From Amoebophrya sp. A120 (lineage: Eukaryota > Protista > Dinoflagellata), in contig CAJINV010000018.1 of assembly GCA_905178155.1 (NCBI GenBank), positions 972,609-1,036,608 of the forward strand: DNA of 64,000 bases, given 5' to 3'. Position numbers and translations under genes: made by a program. Position 1 is the stretch's first letter. Each line of letters starts with the position of its first letter. The notes beneath the pieces were generated by a model. The model saw nothing but the letters and a program-made list of their open reading frames with translations. It ran no database searches and was not told where the DNA came from. Shown here piece by piece: positions 25,050 to 37,713 of this stretch.

Positions 25050-26836
25050 ATCAAGATGCGAATTTGTTGAGCGCTGGCGTAACAACTAGCAGAGGAACGC
25101 ACCGGCGCTCGCCCACCTCCAGTGGCTCGGCGCAAAAAAGTTTAGAGATAATTGGTTGACACGTTTTACAAGTAAGGGAAAATAAAGCCTGTTGTAACGT
25201 AATTGCTACCGTCATGCTGAATTTATTGCGGCATAGTTGTTTGTACTAGGTGTGCTGGTCTTTCATCCCTTTTCTCCGTGTCCGGCGGGGGCTTAAAACC
25301 TCTACCAAGTTCAGAATTCGCGGCGATCTCGGTTCTTGGTGCAGGAGCCTAGCTCCTAGTTCGTTGTACTCAGAAACGATCCTCCTCGTGAAAACAATTT
25401 TTGCAATTTCTATCTGTATCAATATATAAAACCCAGTACGTAGTAAATCAAGTATACTCTTGTTCATATTGGCGGTGGTGATGGAGTAAGTCTTTAAAAT
25501 AAACCGAAAAAGAGATGAAATATATTTCTGATGGAAACTACGTTTTCTATCGAGAGAGAAAAACCCATGTCAGTTGCAGTTCATTTTCTTAGGACAACTA
25601 CAACTGCCATGGCTCTTTCGAAGTTGAACTTCTTCTTCTGAGCGATAATAAAAATGCGACGAGTTACTTTACTTTTCCCTACCGTTTTTATCTACTTCTC
25701 CCGACTTGTCTATCATTTCTGTTTCATCTGCTTGAAACAACTCACACCACGAGGTTGTCGTTTCTCGTTGGTAAATCAAGTTTCAAATCCTAAAATCCAT
25801 ATAATCCGCCCCAGGCACGATTAATCATCGGGGAATAATAAATTCAAGTGCCAAACAGTTCTACCAACTGCAGGGTCAGCTGTTGCGATCGTCCGAACGA
25901 CGGGGGGCGGTAGAACAATCCTGAGCAAGAGTAATCGAGGTTCATAGCTTTATGCAGAAGCGCGCGTACAAATAATGGCAGCTTCGTCGAGATATTGTTC
26001 TATCGATTTCGAGCAAGCAAGAGCTATAGGCTGGTGAGAAGATCTACTGAGCGGAACGACGAAATTACGAAAAATCATAAGTTTAAAAACCCCTTCACTA
26101 CGAAAGAACCCAACTCAAAGCTGAGTGTAATTACAATAAAAATGAACTGAAACGATATTTATTTTGAGTGTGAAGAAACGTTTACAAAAAACGTGACACA
26201 AGCACGAGCATCCCCACGGTATTAGTATTACAGTTACTGCTCTTGATTCCGACATGGACATATAAAAATTCTTTCAATAAAATTGCAGCAAAACAAGTAC
26301 GCCTATTGATTTTTGAAATTTATTTACGCTAACGGCTACAGCACTATGAATTAAAATACTCCGGGCAACAAAATGCAGCTCGTTCTTGACAAAGGTCGTG
26401 ATAGTCCTGTAGTTCATTGAGGCTGATGCGTTGAGAGATGAAAGGTACTACGACAGGAAGCTCCGACGTCAGACCAGATCATTCTGTTATAGTTTTGTAG
26501 TTGTACTTGAAACAGCACTCATCAGTGCGCAGCGTGGCGAGTAGTAGCAGAGCACCTACTCGAGTCTGTGCTCGGAAAGGTGCTTAAGTACCACCCCACC
26601 GGTCCCCGGAGCTGCAGCTGCTACAGCACATTCGTATCTATAAAAACATGATTTATTGCGTTTTGTTTTCTAGGAAGAGCAGGCAGCGTGTCTGCTTTTT
26701 TTCTAGGAATTGAAGCTGCATCAAAAACTCCAGTGTTGCACTCTTGTTGGTCCTGCTAGCAAAAAAAAAAATCATACGATCGAAGCGAAAAAAAATGTTG
26801 TATCCTCCTCAAAAAACTACTGTGCGTTCGAGTTCT

Positions 26837-29800
26837 TCAATCTAACCAGTCTACTTTGAGCTTATCGAATGTAAAAGTGTCTGGGTCTGGAAGAATTCAT
26901 GTTTGTCATGCTTGTCTGGCATGACTCTTAAATCTGTCATGCCCGTTACCCAAGAGCTCCGCTTTTCTGTGATGCAGAAGCGCAGTTTGTCATGCAGGAT
27001 TGGCAACACCCAGGAGCTCAGAAACTTCTCATGCTGAGCCAGCATCTGTAGCCTCATCATGAGACGCCACCCAGCATCACAAGTATCCAGACCCAGACAT
27101 TTTTACTTTTGGTAGAGCTTCGCTCCAGACAAGTCGAAGTTTCCCAATTCGCTTAGCGAGTTCACCACGTGCGGAGTTATCCTGTGCAGAAGTATCGCAC
27201 TCGTATAAATGCAAGCATTGCATTACAAATCTTGTTTCCAAGGCAAATCTGCATTACAAATTTCATTTCTCATGCTGAGAAAATTTGTAATGCATTTATA
27301 CGAGTACGATACTTTTGCAATTCATAGGAGTGGCAGTTTTAGTAACGTGAAGATTTTTGCTCCCAGAAGTTCTTTGATGTTGCCCTCTAGGTGCAGCAGC
27401 TGCACCTGACTGTTGCATGCCCTCGGCTTGAAGACCTTGCTTTTGCAGATCCTCGAGCTGCTGCAGAAGATTCAGATTTTCCCCGCCACCTGGCACGAGG
27501 TTTAAGCCGCCTCCCGCAACTGCGGCGCGGTGGCGGTTGTTCTCATTGCTGTTCTTCATTTGATGTTGGGCGGTTGTGGAACTGGAAGTTGTTCCAGCTT
27601 GTTGCGCGTACTGCAGGTTTTGAAGATGTTGATGTTCTCCACCAAATAAATTATAATGCTGGTTGTGGTGCTGGTAGTAGTTGTGTGCATGTTGACCATG
27701 AGCATGTTGCAGATCCGACGCCCGAATAACGCGAATGCCGCCGAAGGCTTGGGGTAGTTGTTGGCGCTCTCCTGCTGCTGCCCCACGCCCAGGGGGAGGG
27801 GTATTAATCCCATGATTCATAATCCCGGCGTTGCTGTTGTATGCTTCGGGTTTGTTATTTCGAAACACTTCGGGCGGCAAATGGGAATATACGAAGCGCT
27901 TCACGTGTGCAAGACAAAAATTGTGTAAGCGCAAGCTTCTTGGAGCAATAGCTGCATGACACAGAAAATCTGTCATGCGTAGCTAGTACTTGAAAACACC
28001 TACGAAAATAGCCTCTGATGCATGTCCAGCATGACAAGGGTAACAGTTTTGCATTTTCTGCAACACAAAGTTACACTTACACAGTTTTTTCCTTGGATAC
28101 CACGTCATCCATTTTTTCCTCCATTCGACGCTTTTCGTGTTCCTCCTCCACAGGACTGGCCGCGTCTGGGCCTCCTATTCTGAGTAAAAACGTCCCCACC
28201 CGCCCAGAGTTGTCATGCAAAACTGCATGCCAGAACCAAGTTTGTCATGCGGAGCGCGAGGAGATGCATTACCTAGTCGTGTTTTGGAATTTGTGGTGTT
28301 AGAACCAGAATGATACTGCTAGACCTGTGATGCTGCTGAACTCGCTATACAGGATTAATTAATACAGTACGATGGCAGATCTGTCATGCAAAACAACCAA
28401 AGCTGGCTGATTTGTGTAGCAGATTTTCCATCTTGACTCTGGTATGGGGACGTTTTTGCTCAGCATACCTCCTGGGGCGTCGTTGTAGTTATTATCCTCT
28501 CCGTCCGCGACGGTGGTACTACCATCGTGCATGGTTTCCGGGCCCGTCCACGAGCGCGGAACCTGCTTGGAGAGCCTGAATTCCTCGGCTAGGTCTGCAG
28601 CACTTTGCTGCGAGACGCGGAGCGGCTCGGTGCGGCCCGTGTTGGTGTTGTGCACCAGAAAAGGCATCGGGAGGCGCAACGCCCCCAGCAAGGGCGTCAG
28701 CTTCACGATGGCTTCCCACCACGGGTCCCAGATAATGGCGCTGCCGTCTTCGGAAAGGCAATACGCGTGCACCCACTCCTGGGTGGGCGTCTGCCACAGC
28801 AGTTCGTGTCCGAAGTTCGTCTTGGTAAATTCGTGGATTAGCAAGAAGTCCTGTCGTCTGGTACCGTCGTCCCCGTGGACCAGCACTGGGATGATGAGGT
28901 AGGGCTTGTTGTCTTCCGAGTGCACCAAATACCGATTTGCCACATCGACCTGACCCCCCGCCAAGCCGACCCGCTTCAGGATGCTGTTGCTACTCATGCG
29001 CTTGCTCTTGGCGGCCGCCTTGTACTTGTTCGCAGCACCTCCTTCTCCGGGGGTGCTGCCGATGAGAGGCCCCTTGGTCGTGTCCTCACCGTCGATCCCG
29101 TAGACCTTTTCGAAGCGTTCCCATCCTAGTCTTCTCATCTCCCGGAGGAGCCGGTCGTAAAGGAGCCGGAACAGTTCGCTGCTCGTCTGCAACGGGCACA
29201 ACAGCAATTCCTCGCTGAACTGCTTGGCCGGCTGAAAGCGCTCGTCGTGAGTCACATGGACCGAAGGGTTGCGAAGGAAGGAGCGTTGCACTTGCTGGTG
29301 TAACGGGTTGAACTCGAGCTTGCCGGAAATCGGATTCTCCACGGCCATTCGCATCTCCCGCATGGCGGTCTGCAGTTTGGCATCGGCATCGCGAATGGCG
29401 GTCGACGAAGAACGATCAGTGGCGGGAGGATCAGAAGTGGTCTCACCTTGATGTAGTTCTTCCTCGTCGCCAAACTCCTCTCGTCTCTGCCACACAACAT
29501 CGTCGCGCTCGTCCTTCGCACGGTAGTAATTGTGTAGCTGTTCTCTCACTTTCGACAGCATCCCCTTGTTCACGAGGAAACGTCGATGTCGGTCCATTAT
29601 GGCGTTCTCAAACGTTACACTCTCAACTGTTAAGACATGAATTTGTAATGTAAGAATGGCAAGAGTCAAAGGGCGTAGCTTGATGCGACTCTAGCATTAC
29701 AAATTCGGCACAGATTTATTCCATGCTGTTTCGCCCTTCAGAAATTTGTCATGCGCAGCAGCTTTTCATCGTGTGGATGCTGATGTTAATTTTGATTGAC

Positions 29801-32800
29801 AAATCACGTACACAGTTGAGAATATAACGTTTAGAAATCCCATATCCATCACCTCGGCCTTGTAAATCTGCTCGAAAGACGGATAGAAGTTTTTATCGGA
29901 GTTGATGTTCTTTGCAATTTTCTGACGCGCGTCCACGTGGACGTGCGCGTGCTTGAGAACGTCGGCGTACCTCTCTCGGTGAACCCTATGACAGTACACA
30001 ACTCCCCCTCCCCCTCATTTGTAATGCAAAATCCCAAACCCAGTTGCTTCGCTTCCTTGTAGCACTCTTTGCATGACAGATTCTGGAAGCCCACGCAGTA
30101 CGATAGTCGGCGCATGAACTTGTCATGCGTCGGCTCCACGTGTCTTGGTGTTTGAATTGCTGTTCATGCCATACAAATGAGGGGGAGGGGGACGAGTTGT
30201 GCACTCTCATAAAAACCGTGCTCCGCATACAATTCCGCCCGCCGCCGCACCGCGGGATACAGTTGCGCTTCGTGCTGTTCCGCTTCGGCACTCACCTCCT
30301 GGCCCGGGAAAAAGCTTGCCAACCAACTCTGCTCCAGGATGCCCACTTGAGCATTCGTGGAAGACGAGGAGAGAAGGGGCTTCACGACACTGGTAGAAGA
30401 AGGACTCGACGTTCTTGCAGCGCTCCTGTCGCTGATGTCCCCGGGAGCTTCTACAGAAGTCCGGCTCATTTGTTCTTCCCTTTCCTTCTCCTCAGGCTGG
30501 TGTGGTGTCGTCTTCACGTTTTCTACGAGCCAGTCGAGGGGAAACGCGGCCCAGCTCTCCTTGGCGAAGGCATTGAACGGAAAGGCCAGCATATGCAGGA
30601 TAAAACTGTGCTTTAGTGTAAGAACTCTTTATAATTTGGAGAAAGAACAGCATGACCACAGGAAATCTGTCTAACACAACAGTTGTCATGCGTAGGCAGT
30701 ACGTGAAAGAACGCGAATGAAGCTTCTAGCCTGTGACGCATTTTTAGCATGACAAGTGTAACTGTTTTGCATTTTCTGAATGACAGACTATACACTTACA
30801 CACTTTTTTTCTTGCATACAGCATCTCCTGTAAGTCGTGTTGGTGGACCAGGTTATCCATCTCGTCCTCGCTCGGGGTTGAAGATGTCCCAGCCGAAGTC
30901 GTAGGCTCTATCCTGATTAAAAACGTCCCCACACCAGAGTCAAGATGGGAAATCTGCTAGACAAATCAACCAGCTTTGGTTGCTTTGCATGATAAGTTTG
31001 TCCTCGTAGTGTAGTCCTGTTTTAGGTAGGTCAGCAGCATCACAGATCTAGCATATAATGCTGATTTATATTTATCACAAATTCCAAAACACGAACAGAA
31101 AATGCTTCTCATAGAGCTCCGCATGAGAAACTTTCTTGGCATGCAGAATTGCATGACAACTCTGGGGAGGTGGGGATGTTTTTACTCAGAATAGGTTCGT
31201 GTTCCGCTTCATCCGCCGGAGCAGAACTACTACCACTACTGCTATCATTCACCGTCCAGGACGAGGTCGCTCTACTACTTTTTGCAGATGAAGCAGCTCC
31301 TCCACTGGCAGTACTGGATACAACATCCTCGTCCACAGGGATGAAATTAGCATCCGCATCGTCTCCTGCACGATCACCATCAAGTTGTAGATCTACTCCT
31401 CGCGACCGTGGCTCTTCGTCTTTGTGGCAAAATTGCCCCCGCGCGGGTATGATCGCAGGGAGGTCCGCGTCCTCGATATCGTCTCCGTCCCAGAAGGGAT
31501 GTTGCACTGTGGTCGTTTGTTCCAGGTGCTCGCCGTGGTAGACGTCCTCGTCTTCATTGTTGTCTTGCAGTACGGCGGCATGATCCTTCAACATTCCGCT
31601 TGTACTAGTTCTTGGTTTATTTGTCTTCTCGTCCTGTTCAGATGACGAAGCGACTTTGTAGTTTACAGTGGTGTTTAATATTTCGTCCTCCGCCAAACCA
31701 AGTCCTGACCTCACCACCCGCTTCAGTTCGCCGTACAAGTAGCCGAGCACGGAGGTGGAAGCCTCTGAGTCAATATCGCGATCGTCTAGAGATCCGATCA
31801 ATACCGCGTGGTTATTGGGCTGGCGATGTTGCCGGACTTTTTGCTTCTCTTCCTTATCTCCTGCTTGCAACGGACGTGGTCGTGGTGGGGAGCTAGTTGT
31901 ACCTTCTAGCGAGTAGAACTCGTTCCGTCCTCGCGTGTCGTGCTGCCGCTGCGACCCAGCATCTTCTTCTAGCGGCGGGGGGAGCTGCACCTCCTCCGAA
32001 GTTGTTGCACTTCTATCTTCACTGGTGAATCCACCTACTTCGACGTCGTCGTAATAGTCGAACTCAAAATCATCGGGAGTGTTTACAACAGCCCCGGAGC
32101 TGAACGCTTTAAAGCTCCTCTTGTGGCGGTTCTGTAAAGCGCCTTTCTTGATGAGAGGCAGGTCCTCGTGGTTATCCGTCCGGAGGTCGAAGTTGATCTT
32201 TCGGATGATGCGCTCCTGCATGTGCAGATAGAAGGCGCGCACCTGGTCCGGATTTGCGTACTCGTCAAAAAACTCCGGGCTGTGGTTGGGGGCGGGAACG
32301 TGGTCGGAGAAGTGTTGCTCGTATCGCAGCAGGAGGCTCAGGTAGTCGGCCTCGTTGACCACCTATCCCACGAAAAAAGTGTTACAGTTACACATTTGTT
32401 GGAGTTGCTGCATCACAAAGTTGCTCGACATGCCAAAGCAAACCTGTGATGCGCAGACTATAAGGGAAAACACGAATGAAATGAGGCTGCCAAGCATTTC
32501 CTGCATGGCAAAGGTTGCCTGCCTTGCTTGTTTCGCAACACAATGTGTAACTGTAACACTTTTTTCTTCGCATACCACCTTCTTCAGGAACCGCTGCGGG
32601 TTTTCCGGGTCCTGCCCGTCCCGGGTCAGTATGGCGTTCTCAAACGTTACAGTCTCAACTGTTACATGAATTTGTAATGCTAAACCGACCGAAACCACTA
32701 CACAACCTGTAAGGGCACCTCACCGCAGATGGTTCGGCCACCAGGTCGTGGAGTCAGGCGGACCGAAGCCATCACCATCATCCTCGGGCACATATATAAT

Positions 32801-35800
32801 CCTACTTACGCCACCTCCTTATCCTTACTTTCGCAAACAGTCCAACTTATCGCCAACATGCGCTTAACGTTCGCCAACGGTCCATACTTGTCGCCAACAG
32901 AGCACGTCTAACTTTTTTTTTTCAGGCTCCCGCACCCCCTCGGGCTAGTAGGTACGTGGTCCCAAAAACATATAACGTGTCCCCATGCAACTCCGTGCAA
33001 GAGGCGACTTTCCGATTCTGCATGCAAAACAGAGCTCCATATCGGAAAGCCAGGGCACACATACAAACTACCTTCGGATCGGCTGAAGAAACTAGAGATA
33101 GGAGGGATGCGGGCCTCCGAAACAAATAAATAACTATCTGTTCTTTTTGATCAGGCGACACAGTGAAGGTATGAATGAAGGCGCGCAAATCAAAACTCGC
33201 ATGACAGAATAGGTGTCTGCCAGCGGGTAATGAACGAGCAGCCAAAAAGAAGTGCGTCAAAGCTCATCATGGAGTAAACCGCAGCGAAATAAAAAGACTA
33301 CGCGCTACCGACCGGAAGAGTCGCCGCATACAAATATAAAAATAGGGATAAGCTTCGATCCCGGCCACCATACTAACACGCACAACGTGCTAGACGACAA
33401 AGGGGAAGACAAAGGTGGGAGCGCGAACCCAAAATAATTCTAGGTCGGTATAAACGCGGGAGCCATAGAGCAAGAGCTGTGGAGCCTAAGATAATGGACA
33501 TGGTTACCGGGAAGCGGGCCGGAGAGCAGAAGAGAAGTAAAGATCAAAGCCGGGGCGCGAGCCGGCATAACGTTCTTTTTTTTTCAGGCTCCCGCACCCC
33601 CTCGGGCTAGTAGGTGCGTGTTCTCGAAATCATACAACGTGTCCCCAGACCACACGGATCAGAGGCGGTTTTCCGATTTTGCATGCGAAACAGTGCTCGA
33701 TATCGAAAAACCAGAGCGCACACACAAAGAAACTACCTTCGGATCGGCTGAAGAAACTAGAGCTAGGAGGGAAGCGGGCCTCCGAAACAAGTAAATATGT
33801 AATTGGTATATTTCAGGCGACGGCGAGGATGTAAAGTTGCAACTATGCACGCGTCAAAATCCACATGGCAACGAGTCACCAGCGAGTAATGCACTAGCAG
33901 CAAGAAATGTCACCTCTAAGGCTCATCATGAAGTAGGTAAGACGCGGCGGACAAATAGGTAAGACGATGCGACGCCGACCAAGATGCAAGTCGCCACATA
34001 CAAGCAAGAAAATAAGCATGCATAAGCCTCGATCCCGGCCTGTGTAACCACGCGCCAAACGCATGGATACGGCTGAGGGGAGGACAAAGATGGGGACGCG
34101 AACCCAAAATAAGTCTACGTCGGCAGTCGCAGGGGCCATAAATGCGGTGGGTGTGGAACCACAAGGAGATAAAAAAACAGAGACAGATACCGGGAAGCGG
34201 GCCGGATGAGACAGATCAAGACAGAATCGTAGCCGGGGCGCGAGCCGGCATAGAGAACTAAAAAAATAATAAACAGAAATACATGCGCAGATGGAGTTAC
34301 TCATATCGTTTTTCATGTAAATAATAGACATCTAGTATAGCACGACGCAGTGGGCACATAGGTTACGATACAAACACAAACGGCAAGATAGTCCACACAA
34401 AGAACGCGAGCAGGGGAGCGAGCCTGCAGCGAGAGTAAATAGCCATCTGGGGGGTCGGCCAAGGACCCAGGTGCTAAGCACCATAAAGCCGAAGTATAAA
34501 AACCGCAGTAGATGAGAGGTTAACATCAGACAAGTCAAATTCTAAATTTAGTTTTTTCTATTTCCAGAGTCAAAGTATAAATTTTGACTAGAACCCTAAA
34601 TCCCTAAAAACCCTGAAACCCATCGCCACTGCGTTCCGGGGCGGTAGGCGGGAAGAAGATGTTCGTCGCTGGAGCTGTGGGTGGTCGGGACAGCGGCTGC
34701 GGCGGACGACATATGATGGTCCTATATCTAAACCTAAACCTAGACCGATGTGTCCGGATGGGGACACGCAAAGAGAAAAACTGCTTGGCGCCAGTTGGGC
34801 CCGGGGGAAAGGAAAAAAGGGGGGCAGCAGAGTAAGCGAATTATGAAGCCATTTGGAAAAAAGCGCTATCAAAAAGCCTTGTGCTCTGATCCGTCCGGGC
34901 GTGCACTCCCATCTGGTTCTAAAGCTTCAGCAGTGCTGAGAGCGCTCCGACCCTAAACCTCGAGACGGATGTCAAGAGATCTACGTACGTATGCGCACGA
35001 GCAAGGCAGGAACTGCGTCTGATGTGGACGCATTCCTTACTAAAACAAAAAAGCGACTCTCATTCCGGAGGTACACCTCAACGGAGGGCCAATTTGCGAA
35101 GCGAAAATCGATCCTCACTCGAGATCGAAAGCGAAAGCGATGTCGGGCGAGAAGATCTCAGGACAGAAGCGAGCAACTCGATCTCGCGGGGCGGACTGTC
35201 GAAGAGCGAACAAAATACAAAATCGAACGAAACCGATTAACGAAGTCCTACCTCGAGTCCCTCGTAGCTCGAGAAGCGAATCGAGTACAAGGAAACTCAT
35301 CATGTCAGGATGCTCTAGTGCTCAAAGTATAAATTTAAAACTTTCAGTCCTTACACACGCCAAGTGAAGGAAGCCGGTCTGTGTGTGGGGGGCGGGTCGG
35401 TTGAGCCCCAGGCTCGGACAATGCGGCTGAAATCTACTGCCTGGTGATCTGATCGCCGCCGGCGGAGTACTGAAGATTGGCACTCTGGTGCTCGAGAACG
35501 TTCAGGCCCAATATCGTATCATCGGTGTCGTATCCATCTCGATTGAGCGGCACCACGCGGAGGAAATTCGTTCAGCAGCCACATGTCGAATCCAGTTGTA
35601 GGAGGAAGGTCGCAATCACGGCACTACCCGGAGACTGTATGGGAACTAAAAAACAGAGCGAACGCATGCAAAATGAAGTAGTTTGTCATGCATGTCGGAG
35701 CGGAAACTAATTAATGAGGACGAGACAACAGATAAAGTCACGAAGCGACAGCAACCCAGAAAACTCACCCACCATAGTAGTGTGGCGAGCAAGCCAAGAT

Positions 35801-37713
35801 CCAACTTACATGAATTTGTAATGCAAGACTAGCACAGGCGAGAGAGAGAACCTTGCGCGTCTTGCATTACAGGTTTGGTGCGGATTACAGTGCTATTTAG
35901 CCATCCGGGAATTTGTCATGCGAAGCAGCTCGATCGTCTGGCGGGTCATGGTTATTTTGCATGACAAATCGTGTAACAGTTGAGAATGTAACGTTTGAGA
36001 ACCCCATAGTCAGCATGCGGAGCTTGGGCAGGCTGCCCTCGCGCCACAAGATTTCCACGTTATGAATTGCAAAAGTATCGCATTCGCACTCGTAGAAACG
36101 CATCACAAATTTCCTCCGCATGAGATTTGTAATGCTGATTTACCTTAAGAAAAAGATTTGTATATGCATCCTTGCAATACGAATACGATACTTTTGCACA
36201 GGATACACGTGCCGCTTGTACTCCTCCGAAATCCCATTCGCGTACCCGGTGACCCGAGTGGCCTTGTCCGCCGGCAGCGTGAGGTTGTTCCAAGAGTCGT
36301 ATTGGGCGGTCAGTGCCATCTATCCCACGAAAAAACTGTTTCACTGTGATGATTTTGCAAGATCTGCATCACAAGTTTGTTACACATGACACAGAAGATT
36401 TGCCATGCGCGCTTTCCAAGGGAAAACACGCTGAAAAATCCTATGCCTTGCAGGTGTAGCAAGACAACTAGTTCTGTGTTCTATTCTATGCATCACAAGT
36501 TCACAGTGAAACAGTTTTTTCTTGCGATACCATCTCCCGGGCGATGTCGTCCTCGCTCATCAGCCCGAGCTCCTCTAGGCTGGGATACACGAAGTTTTTC
36601 GGCCCGAATCGGTCAAGATAGAAGAAATCTACTTCGCTTGTTCTTCTTCTTACACTCTCTTCGTCGTCGTGGTCCTCCACTGGAGAGGAGGACGAGGTTG
36701 CATCTCCTTCTTGAGCAGCAACATCGAAGGCGTGGACGTATTCGTCGTGTTTTTTCTTTTCTGCATCAGCGCTGGTCGTTGCAGCAGTGCTTGATGTTCT
36801 TGTTTTCGGGGTAGTTCTTGTAATATTTAATGGGGCAGCAGGAGCTTCTGAAGAAGACTTCTCATCATGATGCGCATCTAGTACAACTTTGACATCATTT
36901 TCTTGCACTTCTTCATCTTCAGATGAAAGCAATCCGGCTTCTTCCTCGGCCTGTTCGCGGAGCTTTTCCAAAACCTCCATGGTGTTGGCACGGCTCAGGT
37001 CTGGCGTATCAGTGCCAGGGCTAGAATTTTCAAAGTACTCCTGCTGCAACAGTTGCTTCAATTCGTCGAAAGATGTTTTTGTTGTTGTTGTGTCTCTTAC
37101 AACATTTTCGTTCTGGTTCACCTCTCGCAGCTTAATACTTCCGGTCGTGGTGCTCGTCGTGCTATCGTCGTGATCGCTTTCATAGACTTCCTGTTGTTCT
37201 TCATCATGATCTGGTAACAGCTCCTCGTCAATATCTTCTCCCTCCTCGCTGTCAGAAACTATCTTACTTCGTCGGAATTTCCTGTCAATTTCTGCGGGCT
37301 CGTAAAAGTAGGAAAGGCGGAAACGGGGCTGCCACACTTGTCGCCCCTCGTGCCTGTAGCCGTATAGCATGGGTTCCACTATAAAATCACCACGCACTCG
37401 CTTGCTGTCGTCGAGCGAAATGCCGGGCGGTAACATGGTATCGCACGGAAACGCTGCTTCATGTGCTCTGATGAGATTTTGCATGCTTTGCATCGCAAAT
37501 TTGCTCTACATGACGAAGAATTTTTTTGCCATGCGTACTATTCACTAGAAGTGGATGAAAGCACAGCCAAATAAATAAACGCATTGCCTTGTATGTGTAG
37601 CAAGACAAACAAATCTGCGCTGCATCGTGATCTCCATCCGCATGACGAGTTTAGTACAGTGAAACAGTTTCATTCTTGTGATACCCGGCAGGCTGGCTGT
37701 ACTGCTTGTTCAG
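26837..37713 (-). CDS. Hypothetical protein (>=1,584 codons), acidic and Q-rich segments; 5' exon not located
   Basis: Removing 13 introners (including the 3.4-kb one) plus one TSD each gives 4,752 nt of open frame, from an AG acceptor at 37714-37715 to TGA at 26837-26839. Confidence 0.75.
26863..27114. mobile_element. Introner family A, 252 bp
   Basis: Family A TIRs, right end GTA; TSD gagct. Confidence 0.93.
27178..27326. mobile_element. Introner family C, 149 bp
   Basis: Family C TIRs; TSD ggagt. Confidence 0.95.
27906..28099. mobile_element. Introner family F, 194 bp (degenerate left end, TGT)
   Basis: Family F right TIR intact; TSD tcacg/ccacg. Confidence 0.85.
28176..28467. mobile_element. 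Introner family B, 292 bp
   Basis: Family B TIRs; TSD cctcc. Confidence 0.93.
29598..29844. mobile_element. Introner family H, 247 bp
   Basis: TIR TATGG(C/G)GTTCTCAAACGTTACA.TCTCAACTGT; TSD tccat. Confidence 0.93.
29987..30211. mobile_element. Introner family J, 225 bp
   Basis: TIR TATGA.AGT.CACAACTC..CCCCTCCCC.TCATTTGTA; flanks aaccc/aaaac; frame restored. Confidence 0.85.
30592..30818. mobile_element. Introner family F, 227 bp
   Basis: Family F TIRs; TSD cagca. Confidence 0.9.
30909..31193. mobile_element. Introner family B, 285 bp
   Basis: Family B TIRs; TSD ggctc/ggttc. Confidence 0.92.
32364..32574. mobile_element. Introner family D, 211 bp
   Basis: Family D TIRs; TSD ccacc. Confidence 0.95.
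32681..35805. mobile_element. Nested 3,125-bp insertion, probably a non-autonomous non-LTR-type retroelement
   Basis: Flanked by a perfect 19-bp duplication TTACATGAATTTGTAATGC (32662-32680 and 35806-35824); no TIRs and no long ORF. The class assignment is inference. Confidence 0.8.
32913..34252 (-). repeat. Two diverged tandem ~660-bp modules, each ending in oligo(A) on the minus strand
   Basis: T-run + CAGGCTCCCGCACCCCCTCGGGCTAGTAGGT at 32913 and 33576; GCCGGGGCGCGAGCCGGCATA ending at 33569 and 34252; collinear conserved blocks in between. Confidence 0.9.
36061..36205. mobile_element. Introner family C, 145 bp
   Basis: Family C TIRs, reverse orientation to 1574-1727; TSD cacgt. Confidence 0.95.
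36321..36529. mobile_element. Introner family E, 209 bp
   Basis: Family E TIRs; TSD ccatc. Confidence 0.95.
37439..37683. mobile_element. Degenerate introner family E, 245 bp
   Basis: Right end ACAGTGAAACAGTTT..TTCTTGTGATA; eroded left TIR; flanks catgg/cccgg. Confidence 0.72.

Larger units (their letters stand above)
32630..36008. mobile_element. Introner family H expanded to 3,379 bp by a nested insertion
   Basis: Family H TIRs at 32630 and 36008; TSD gtcag/gtcag; 235 bp remain after removing the nested insert and one copy of its TSD. Confidence 0.92.

Noticed and set aside
33078-33150. Hammerhead-like CTGAAGA...GAAAC in both tandem modules
   Set aside because: Stem II does not start right after CUGANGA, stems I and III cannot be formed consistently in both copies, and the wobble pattern favours the opposite strand.
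34750-35332. Basic K/R-rich ORFs (also 24235-24711 and 57531-57923) as DVNP, histone-like or transposase genes
   Set aside because: No recognisable DVNP, DDE, RT or recombinase motifs; they are short and lack clear gene context.
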